64,000 nt of DNA from an uncultured Acidobacteriota bacterium (lineage in GTDB: Bacteria; Acidobacteriota; Vicinamibacteria; Vicinamibacterales; JAKQTR01). This document shows positions 19,306-27,143 of the stretch, piece after piece. The notes under the pieces are model-generated. The model saw only the letters and a program-made list of their open reading frames with translations. It was not told the DNA's origin and did not search any database. The DNA is taken from positions 80,570-144,569 of the forward strand of contig CAWEJS010000001.1 of assembly GCA_963809475.1 (NCBI GenBank), in the 5' to 3' direction. Each line of letters begins with the position of its first letter. Positions within the stretch are counted from its first letter, which is position 1. A program made the position numbers and the translations under genes.

Positions 19306-20901
19306 CTCCGGAAACCGTACCCGTAGCGCATCACGGTCGACTTCGCCCTGCCGGTCGACGGGAATGGCGTCCACGAACCGGACCTCCTGTGGCGCCTCGA
19401 CTGGTGACAGGCGCCGGCTGACCCTCAGCCTGAGATCGAGGTCGAGGTCGCCAGACGGCTCGTGTGGCGGCTTCAGCACGATGAAGGCGGCGACCTTCTC
19501 CAGGAAGACGGCGTCAGGCACACGGACCACGGCACAGGCGGCGACCTCCGGACACTCGAGCAGCGCCGATTCGACCTCCGCCGGCCCGACCAGGTGGCCT
19601 GCGGTATTGACAATGTCGTCCTCCCGGCCGCTGAACCAGTAGTACCCGTCACCATCCCGGCGAACTGCGTCACCGGTGTAGTAGCGGTCACCCCGGCACT
19701 TCCCGCGATACGCGCCGGTGTCGCCGAGGTAGTCGACGAACATCGATGGACACGCGCGGCCGAGAGCGAGATGGCCGATCGAGTCGGGAAGAGCGGCGTT
19801 GCCCGCGTCATCGAGCACGAAGGCCTCGACCCCATCCACGGGCTGACCCATCGATCCCGGGCGGATCGGCAGCCCGGGGCGATTGGCAATGACGATGGCG
19901 CCGGTCTCGGTCTGGAAGTAGGTGTCGAAGACATCCCGGCCCAGAACCTCGCGAGACCAGGCGAGCGCGTCCGGGTCGAGCCACTCACCGACGCCGAAGA
20001 TGTGCTTCAACCGAGACAGATCGAATCTGGCGAAGAGCGCGGGGTCTTCGCGCATCAGCATCCGGATCACGGATGGTGCGGTGTACCACACCGACACCCG
20101 CTCACCCTCGAGCAGCGCGAGCCAGCCTTCGGCGGTGTAGCCGCCCCCGAAGTGCAACTGGGTCACGCCGAGGCTCCACGGACCGGCGATCCCGTACGAC
20201 GTGCCGGTGACCCACCCGTGATCCGCGGTGCACCAGAACAGGTCGTCCTGCGTCAACTGCAGCACCGAATGGACGGTGCTGCTGATGTGACGGATGGCCC
20301 CGTGAACGTGCACGACCGCGCGCGAGTCCGCCGTCGGTCCCGGCGTGAAATGGATGAATGACGGCACTGACGCACCGGTCCGCTCGGAGAGGAAGGCCGG
20401 AGACGCCTCACCGACCAGGACGTGTGCGCTCAGGATGCCGTCCGCCTGATGCGCGTCGAGGTCAGTCGCCAGCACGTGCGTCAGCGACGGGAGAGCGCCG
20501 CGCATTCCCGCGAGCTGCCTGGCGACCCGTCGCCTTGTAAGAATGCCCTTGGCGGCGGTCTTTGCCATGCGCTCGGCCAACGCCCGCTCTCCCAGGCGGG
20601 AGAACGGAGTGGAGACGATCACGCCCAGCTTCAGCGCACCCAACACCGCGAAGAAGAGATCCGGCGTCTTGGGGAGGTGGATGAAGAGCACGTCGCCCTT
20701 GACGAAGCCCAGCGCGTGCAGGGCGTTCGCGAAGCGGTTGCTGTGCTCCTCCAGGTCGTCGAACGTGTAGTCGGTACGCGCGAGATCCGGGGCGACCCAT
20801 CTGCACGCCAATCGGCCGCCGTGGCCCAGGTCGCACTGCTGTCTGGAACAGATGTGGCCGATGTTGTATTGGCCGTCCCGAATGAGATCCGTGTCCTTCA
20901 T
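19267..20901 (-). CDS. AMP-binding enzyme (acetyl-CoA synthetase-like) with degenerate signature motifs
   Basis: WCTADHGWVTG, DTYFQTETG, YYTGD, GREDD, GPAEVES; P-loop reads FTPGPTADSRA. Confidence 0.8.
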   Translation of the reverse strand: MKDTDLIRDGQYNIGHICSRQQCDLGHGGRLACRWVAPDLARTDYTFDDLEEHSNRFANALHALGFVKGDVLFIHLPKTPDLFFAVLGALKLGVIVSTPFSRLGERALAERMAKTAAKGILTRRRVARQLAGMRGALPSLTHVLATDLDAHQADGILSAHVLVGEASPAFLSERTGASVPSFIHFTPGPTADSRAVVHVHGAIRHISSTVHSVLQLTQDDLFWCTADHGWVTGTSYGIAGPWSLGVTQLHFGGGYTAEGWLALLEGERVSVWYTAPSVIRMLMREDPALFARFDLSRLKHIFGVGEWLDPDALAWSREVLGRDVFDTYFQTETGAIVIANRPGLPIRPGSMGQPVDGVEAFVLDDAGNAALPDSIGHLALGRACPSMFVDYLGDTGAYRGKCRGDRYYTGDAVRRDGDGYYWFSGREDDIVNTAGHLVGPAEVESALLECPEVAACAVVRVPDAVFLEKVAAFIVLKPPHEPSGDLDLDLRLRVSRRLSPVEAPQEVRFVDAIPVDRQGEVDRDALRVRFPELWPAGALPWEAH

Positions 20902-22355
20902 ACTGAGCGCGCGTCAAGCGCCTGCTGGACGAGCTCCCACACTCGTGCGACGTGGCGCTGGGTCGTCTGCAGATTGCCGATCGCCACACGGATCGTGAAA
21001 CGCCCGCCGAGCACCGTGTGCGAGATGAAGACCTCGCCCGAGGCGTTCACGCGCCGCATGATGGCGTCGTTCAACTGAGTGAGCTCCGCCTCGGTCCACT
21101 CGCGGCCGCGCGGCTTCGCGCGGAAACAGACGACGCTGAAGGGCGCAGGCGCCAGGCGCTCGAAGTCGGGGTGCGCATCGACCCACGACGCGAACTCCTG
21201 CGCGAGCCTGATGTGATGGCGGAGCCGGTCGCGCACGCCCTCGGCGCCGAAGTAGCGGAGGATCATCCAGAGCTTCAGCGAGCGGAAGCGCCGACCGAGT
21301 TGAACACCCGTATCCATTAGATTGCGGGCGGCGTCCGGCGTCTTCAGGTACTCCGGCACGAGGGAGAACGCCTGGCGGAGGACGTCCATCCGGCGGCAGA
21401 AGAACGCACTGAGATCGAACGGCGTGAAGAGCCACTTGTGGGGGTTCACGACGAGCGAGTCGGCGCGCCCGGCGCCGGCCAGGATGTCCGCGTGCTCGGG
21501 CAGCATCGCCGCGACGCCGGCGTACGCCGAGTCGATGTGCAGCCAGATGCGCTCGGCCTCGCAGGCGTCGGCGATGGCGGCCACGGGATCGACGCTCGTG
21601 GTCGAGGTCGTGCCGACGGTGGCCACGACCGCAACCGGCAGGAAGCCCGCCGCGCGGTCCTCGGCAATCGCAGCCCGCAGCGCGCCGGGCGGCATGCGGA
21701 AGCTGGCGTCGCACGGGATGCGGCGCAGCGCCTCGTGGCCGAAACCCGCAAGGATCACGCCCTTGTCGATGGAGGAGTGCGCCTGGTCCGAGCAGTAGAC
21801 GCGCAGGCGCGGCACGTCCGCGCGGCCAGCCAGGCCGAGCCGGCGCACATCCGGCACGGCGGCCTCGCGCGCCGCGGCGAGCGCGTGCAGGCTCGACATC
21901 GACGCAGTGTCGTAGATGACGCCCTCGAAGGAGTCCGGCAACCCGATCAGGCGCCGCAGCCAGCCCATCGCGACAGCTTCGAGTTCCGTGGCCGACGGCG
22001 ACGTGCGCCAGAGCATCGCCTGCTGGTTGAGCGCCGACGCGATGAAGTCGGCGAGCACGCCCGGAGCGCTGGCCGTCGTGGCGAAGTAGGCCATGAAGCC
22101 CGGGTGGTTCCAGTGGGTCATCCCCGGCATGAGGATGCGATCGAAGTCGGCCATGATCGCGTCGAAGGCCTCGGGCGATTCCGGGGCCTCGGCCGGCAAT
22201 GCGTTCCTGATGTCGCCTGGAGCGACCTGCGCGAGAACCGGGAGCCGCTCGGGATACTCCATGAAGCGCGCGATCCACTCGACCATCGCGTGGCCGTGCC
22301 CGCGAAACTCGTCTGCCGGCATGTCCCCGAGCAGCCGGCCGGAGTCGGGAACCAC
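20898..22355 (-). CDS. ddc: PLP-dependent aromatic-L-amino-acid decarboxylase (group II)
   Basis: RBS GGGAGG before GTG; THWNHPGFMAYF, SPSATELE, SDQAHSS, HIDSAYAG, NPHKWL, LGRRFRSLKLW. Confidence 0.92.
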   Translation of the reverse strand: MVPDSGRLLGDMPADEFRGHGHAMVEWIARFMEYPERLPVLAQVAPGDIRNALPAEAPESPEAFDAIMADFDRILMPGMTHWNHPGFMAYFATTASAPGVLADFIASALNQQAMLWRTSPSATELEAVAMGWLRRLIGLPDSFEGVIYDTASMSSLHALAAAREAAVPDVRRLGLAGRADVPRLRVYCSDQAHSSIDKGVILAGFGHEALRRIPCDASFRMPPGALRAAIAEDRAAGFLPVAVVATVGTTSTTSVDPVAAIADACEAERIWLHIDSAYAGVAAMLPEHADILAGAGRADSLVVNPHKWLFTPFDLSAFFCRRMDVLRQAFSLVPEYLKTPDAARNLMDTGVQLGRRFRSLKLWMILRYFGAEGVRDRLRHHIRLAQEFASWVDAHPDFERLAPAPFSVVCFRAKPRGREWTEAELTQLNDAIMRRVNASGEVFISHTVLGGRFTIRVAIGNLQTTQRHVARVWELVQQALDARSV

Positions 22356-22373
22356 AATTGACCTCCCTGAAGA

Positions 22374-22455
22374 TGGGGTCAGACTCGACCGAGCGCACTT
22401 GGGGTCAGACTCGACCGGTTCCCGACACAGACCGGTCGAGTCTGACCCCAAGTGC
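22374..22455. repeat. REP-like element: two direct copies of TGGGGTCAGACTCGACCG plus a perfect 25-bp inverted repeat
   Basis: GCACTTGGGGTCAGACTCGACCGGT (22395-22419) pairs with 22431-22455; extra direct copy at 22374-22391; related TGGGGTCAGACTC at about 12171. Confidence 0.85.
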
Positions 22456-22466
22456 CGGACGAGCCC

Positions 22467-23549
22467 CTATCTTTCGATCGTCACCGTCACCGCCTGCCGC
22501 AGCCGGACCGTGACCGCGGTCCCCGACGCGAGGACGGCGGGGTTCCGACCGCCGGCCATCGTGGCAGCCGTGCCGCCCGCGGCGCCAATCGCGCCGCCGA
22601 TGGCCGCGCCCTTGCCGCCGCCCACGATCGCGCCGATGATGGCGCCGCCTGCGGCCGCGCCGCCCATCTTGGCCGCCGCTTCCTTGCCCGGTGACTTGCC
22701 CTCGCGAGAGACCGCGTCGGTGCTGATCGAGAGCCTGGTGCCGTCGGCCAGCACGAGCGTGTGGAACCGGACGCCAATCTTCGCGGTGGTCTTCATCTTG
22801 CCGCCGCGCTCGACGGCAATGACCGACCCGATCACCCGCGTGCCCGCCGGGATGGCCACGTCGTTCCCGACGCGGACGTCACGGGCGACGCGCGCTTCGA
22901 CGGGATCCTCTACCCTCGCCACCTCACTCGACACAGACGACTCGACCTTGAGCCCGAGCACGGAGTCGGCCGTGACGACCAGTTCCTCGAAGGTCTTCGG
23001 CGGCGGCACGGGTTCCGGCGGGGTTGCCGGCTCGGTCACAGGCGCCTCTGGAACGGCAGGCGGGAGAGGCAGTGCCGCGGCACTCGGGTTCACCGAGACC
23101 GGTGCCGCTGCCGTCGCCGCACCGGCGACGCCCGCCGCGGCCGTTGGCGCCGTCTTCGGTCGGACGGGCTTCTTGACAACCGCCTTTGCCGGCGCGGCGG
23201 CCGCGACCGGCGCAGGCGTCTCAGCCGTCGCCGCCTGAGCGACTGGTGCCGGCTCCACCACGGGTTGAGCCGCGGGCTCCGTCGGCTGGGCCGCCGCGGG
23301 ATCGGCCGCCGGGATCGTTGCAGCCTCGATCGGCGCCGTGTGCTCCGCTGCCGCCGCGGGCGCGGCCGCAGACTCGACGGCTGCCGGCGTCTGCGCGGCC
23401 TGCGCCGTCTCCGCCGTTACCGCCGCTCCCGCAGGCGCGGCCGTCGCCGCCGCGGGCGCCGGCTTCGGCCGCAGCACCATGTAGGCGCCGAACCCGGCCG
23501 CCGCCACGACCAGCAGGATCGCCACGCCAAGCGCCACGAGCTTCTTCAT
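22467..23549 (-). CDS. Membrane-anchored Ala/Pro-rich protein with TrbI/VirB10-like beta domain and glycine zipper
   Basis: N-terminal TM MKKLVALGVAILLVV; IPAGTRVIGSV; GGAAAGGAIIGAIVGGGKGAAIGG. Confidence 0.75.
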   Translation of the reverse strand: MKKLVALGVAILLVVAAAGFGAYMVLRPKPAPAAATAAPAGAAVTAETAQAAQTPAAVESAAAPAAAAEHTAPIEAATIPAADPAAAQPTEPAAQPVVEPAPVAQAATAETPAPVAAAAPAKAVVKKPVRPKTAPTAAAGVAGAATAAAPVSVNPSAAALPLPPAVPEAPVTEPATPPEPVPPPKTFEELVVTADSVLGLKVESSVSSEVARVEDPVEARVARDVRVGNDVAIPAGTRVIGSVIAVERGGKMKTTAKIGVRFHTLVLADGTRLSISTDAVSREGKSPGKEAAAKMGGAAAGGAIIGAIVGGGKGAAIGGAIGAAGGTAATMAGGRNPAVLASGTAVTVRLRQAVTVTIER

Positions 23550-23582
23550 GATTGTCTCCCCCCGCACGTGCTCTGAATCCAC

Positions 23583-23598
23583 AGCAAGGGCCGTGCCG
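23583..23598 (-). promoter_or_regulatory. Sigma54 (-24/-12) promoter
   Basis: Minus strand CGGCACGGCCCTTGCT, GG-N10-GC, about 35 nt upstream of ATG 23549. Confidence 0.65.
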
Positions 23599-23761
23599 GG
23601 ACCATCGATCGGCCGCTTCCCGGCAATCGCTGGTTGACGTGCAGTTTACCAGAACGGCCCCCGGAGGGCGCCGCGTGCCGCTGACCCCTTTCTTACACGC
23701 CCGGGCGCCCCGCGCCGTCCTCATTTGCAAACGGCCCGTTCGCACGGCAGAATGGCTCGCG

Positions 23762-24493
23762 ATGAAACTCCTCGACCAGTTCGAACGGGACGGCGACCGC
23801 CTGTTCCGCTGGCGCAGCTACCTTCCGCTCGTGCTGGTCCCTGTCGTCATCGCCGGTGTGATCACGACCGCCCCACCGTTCTCGACGCGCCAGGCCGAGC
23901 GGCTCTGGGAACTCGCCAGCGTCTGCCTCGCCCTCACCGGCCTCGCCCTGCGCGTGTGGGCCGTAGGATCGGCGCCGCAGGGCACGTCCGAGCGCAGCAC
24001 CGTCAACCCGCGCGCCTCGCAGCTTCGCACCTCCGGCCCCTACTCCCTCGTGCGCCACCCGCTCTACGTTGCGAACGGCCTGATGGCGCTCGGGCTGTCC
24101 CTGTTCCCCGGCGTCTGGTACCTGCCCGTCATCCTCGTTGCCACGTTCCTCCTCTACTACGAGCGGATCGCCGTGCGCGAGGAGGCGTTCCTCCTGGAGC
24201 GGTTCGGCGCCGAGTTCGAATCCTGGGCGGCGCGCGTGCCCGCGTGCGTGCCGCGCTTCGCGAACTACACCCGCTCGACCACGCCGTACTCCTGGAAAAA
24301 GGTCCTGCGCCACGAGTTCCACGGCCTGCTCGTCATCGCGGCAAGCGCCTTCCTCTTCGACGCGCTGCAGGAATCCTGGCGCGCGCGCGCCTGGCAGGCC
24401 GATGCGATCTGGCTCTGGTTCGCCGCCGCGAGCGCCGTGCTCTTCGCCGTCTTCACCGTGCTGAAGAAGGGCACGGGTCTTTTCAAGAGCTGA
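23762..24493 (+). CDS. Isoprenylcysteine carboxylmethyltransferase-family membrane methyltransferase (LmtA-like)
   Basis: LFRWRSYLP, GTSERS, TSGPYSLVRHPLYVAN, YYERI..EE.FL. Confidence 0.8.
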   Translation: MKLLDQFERDGDRLFRWRSYLPLVLVPVVIAGVITTAPPFSTRQAERLWELASVCLALTGLALRVWAVGSAPQGTSERSTVNPRASQLRTSGPYSLVRHPLYVANGLMALGLSLFPGVWYLPVILVATFLLYYERIAVREEAFLLERFGAEFESWAARVPACVPRFANYTRSTTPYSWKKVLRHEFHGLLVIAASAFLFDALQESWRARAWQADAIWLWFAAASAVLFAVFTVLKKGTGLFKS

Positions 24494-24508
24494 CCGGGAG
24501 GCGGATTG

Positions 24509-24991
24509 ATGCGCCTGAAGCGTTACTACAGTTCCCGCGACGTCACCGCGCTGACCGGTCTCACCGCGGACCAGCTCCGGTGGTGGGAGCGGCAGAAGCT
24601 GGTGCAGCCGGCCGTGGCCTCGCACCGCACGGAGGCCGGCGGCTTCACCGAGCGCCGCTATACGCCGGTGGACCTCCTCGAGATCATGGTGCTCGCCGAC
24701 CTGCGCCGCCGCGGCTTCTCGCTCACCCGGCTCCGCGAACTCATCGACAAGCTCCGCGATCACTTCCAGGTGCGCCTCTACGAGGCCACCGGCGAAAACG
24801 GCCCGGTGACGCTGCTCACCGACGGCGGCGACATCTACGTGCGCACGCTGGACGGGCGCTTCTTCAACCTGCTGAAAGATCCCACGCAGCCGCTCCTCGT
24901 CATCGGCGAGGAAGCCAGCTTCAAGGTGCTCGCCTCGCGCGCGCGCCCGCGCAAGAAACGGCCCCGGAAAAGCGACCCGGCGGCGGAGTGA
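24509..24991 (+). CDS. MerR family transcriptional regulator
   Basis: YSSRDVTALTGLTADQLRWWERQKLV, RRYTPVDL, GFSL. Confidence 0.85.
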   Translation: MRLKRYYSSRDVTALTGLTADQLRWWERQKLVQPAVASHRTEAGGFTERRYTPVDLLEIMVLADLRRRGFSLTRLRELIDKLRDHFQVRLYEATGENGPVTLLTDGGDIYVRTLDGRFFNLLKDPTQPLLVIGEEASFKVLASRARPRKKRPRKSDPAAE

Positions 24992-27036
24992 CGGTGCCAC
25001 GCCTGCGCGGCGCGTGGATGGCCGGGCTCGCAGGCACGATCCTGGGCCTCGCCGCCGCGGCAGGCGCGCGGCCCGCCGCCCAGGCCGGGCAGCAGCCGGT
25101 CTTCAGATCCGGCGTCGATCTCATTGCCGTCGATGTCTCGATCGTCGACAAGCACGGCAATCCCATCCCCGGTGTGCGTCCCGATCAATTCGACGTCGCG
25201 ATCGATGGCAAACCCCGCCGGGTCATCTCCGCTGAGTTCATCGAGTTCACGCCGCGCGACAAGCCGGGCCCGGCCCTGCCCGAACCGCCGCTTGCCACGC
25301 ACCGGCTGTTCAGCTCGAACGAGCAGGCCGCGCCGGCGGCGCCGCAGGGACGGCTGATCTACCTCGCCATCGACCAGGGCAGCTTCAAACCCCTCGCCGC
25401 CCGCGGTGCGATGGAAGCCGCCCGGCGTTTCATCGACCGCCTGCAGCCGGCCGACCGCATCGGTCTCATCGCGTTCCCCGCCCCCGGACCGTCGGTGCCG
25501 GCCTCTGCAAACCACGAGGACGCGAGAGCCGCAACGGCCCGGATCATCGGCCGCGCCACGCCGTTCCGGGCGGACGGCCTCGACAAGAACGTCAGCCTCG
25601 GCGAGGCCATCGACATTCGCGCCGGCGACGCGCTGACGACCCAGAAGGTGCTGGCTCGCGAGTGCGCAGGGCTCAGCGGCGCCGTCATACCGGGCTGCGA
25701 ACTCGACGTGCGGAACACGGCGCGCAGCATCGGGATCAACGCCGAGATCCAGGCGCTCCGCAGCCTCTCGGGCATGGAGGCGGTCATCAGGAGTCTCGCC
25801 CAAGTCCGCGAGCGCAAGACGCTCGTGCTCGTCAGCGCCGGGCTGCCGGTTTCGGATCGCGCCGGCATGGACCTGCAGTTGCTGCCCTTCATGACATCCC
25901 TCGGCCGCGAGGCTGCCGCCGCCAACTTGAACTTCTTCGTGCTCCACGTCGACTCCGGCTTTCTCGACGCCTTCTCGGCCGAGCAGCGGACGATCAGCGA
26001 CACGCTGGACCGGGACCTGAGCATCATGAGCGGCGGCCTCGAGACGATCGCCGGCTCCAGCGGCGGCTCGCTGGTTCGCATCTTCACCGGGGCGGATTCT
26101 GCCTTCGATCGCGTGCTGCGGGAGACGTCGGCAGCGTACCTGCTCGGTGTGGAGCCGCTCGAAGGCGACCGTGACGGCAAGCCGCATCGCATCAGCGTCA
26201 AGGTCAGGATCTCTGGCGCCGAGGTGCGCAACCGCCGAGAGGTGATGCTGGCCAGAACCGACGTGAAGCCGGCGACCACCGCCAAGGAGGCCCTCGCCGC
26301 GGCCTTCGCGTCCAGTCGGCCCGAAACGTCGCTGCCGATCCGCCTCGCGACGTTCAACCTCGCGCCCGACGCCACCGGCGGTCAACGGGTTCTGGTCAGC
26401 GCGGACATCGGCACGAACGCCACCGGCCCGGCCGACATCTGGACGGCGTATGCCACGACCGACGCCTCGGGCCGGACGCAACCCGGTATCGCCCGGGAAC
26501 AGACCCTTCGCCCTCGCGCCGCGGGCCCACGGGGGGCCCTCTCGTTCACGGCACAGACCGTGCTCGACCCCGGCCGCCACACACTGAGATTCGCGGCCGT
26601 GGACGCAGCCGGGCGGGCTGGAAGCCTTGACCACACCTTCCTGGTCGGCCTCGCGAAGGGCGACGGCTTCCTGATGAGCGACTTGCTGGTGCTCGAGCCG
26701 CTCGAGAGCGGCGAGGCGCGGCTCGACGTCGTGACAGACGGCATCGTCCGAGGCGACGCCGTCGATGCGTACATCGAACTGGTGCCGGCGACCCAGGGTG
26801 CTGCAGCCCCCGATGTCACGTTCGCCGTGGCGGAGACGCCCCAAAGCGACCCGATCGTGTCCGCCACAGGAATGAAGACGCGCGTCGAAGGAGCCGGGCA
26901 CTGGTCGGTCACGGCCCGGCTGGGGCTGACGACGCTCGCCTCAGGCGACTACGTGGTGACGGCCACTGTCATCACGGGCGAGCGAGAGGTCGGCCGGGCC
27001 GTTCGCGCCATTCACATCGAACCGCCCGCCAGGTAG
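24988..27036 (+). CDS. VWA domain-containing protein (acidobacterial VWFA-related type)
   Basis: QQPVFRSGVDLIAVDVSIVDKHG, RKTLVLVSAG, YLLG.EP...DRDGKPHRISVKV; start set at GTG overlapping the MerR stop. Confidence 0.85.
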   Translation: MTVPRLRGAWMAGLAGTILGLAAAAGARPAAQAGQQPVFRSGVDLIAVDVSIVDKHGNPIPGVRPDQFDVAIDGKPRRVISAEFIEFTPRDKPGPALPEPPLATHRLFSSNEQAAPAAPQGRLIYLAIDQGSFKPLAARGAMEAARRFIDRLQPADRIGLIAFPAPGPSVPASANHEDARAATARIIGRATPFRADGLDKNVSLGEAIDIRAGDALTTQKVLARECAGLSGAVIPGCELDVRNTARSIGINAEIQALRSLSGMEAVIRSLAQVRERKTLVLVSAGLPVSDRAGMDLQLLPFMTSLGREAAAANLNFFVLHVDSGFLDAFSAEQRTISDTLDRDLSIMSGGLETIAGSSGGSLVRIFTGADSAFDRVLRETSAAYLLGVEPLEGDRDGKPHRISVKVRISGAEVRNRREVMLARTDVKPATTAKEALAAAFASSRPETSLPIRLATFNLAPDATGGQRVLVSADIGTNATGPADIWTAYATTDASGRTQPGIAREQTLRPRAAGPRGALSFTAQTVLDPGRHTLRFAAVDAAGRAGSLDHTFLVGLAKGDGFLMSDLLVLEPLESGEARLDVVTDGIVRGDAVDAYIELVPATQGAAAPDVTFAVAETPQSDPIVSATGMKTRVEGAGHWSVTARLGLTTLASGDYVVTATVITGEREVGRAVRAIHIEPPAR

Positions 27037-27143
27037 CCCGGGCGCGCGCGGACCGTCGCGCTCCGGCCGAGCGCTACTATACTGCACCCGTACGCGTATA
27101 CGCGGGGTGCCGCCGACCTCGTCTCCAGAGGAGTCTGACTGAC

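Noticed and set aside
22467-23549. Type IV secretion / conjugation locus
   Set aside because: Only a lone VirB10-like domain; no other T4SS or relaxase genes
23725-24987. 1103-aa ORF starting at 23725
   Set aside because: The upstream part is an off-frame shadow of the methyltransferase and MerR genes; the VWA protein starts near 24988
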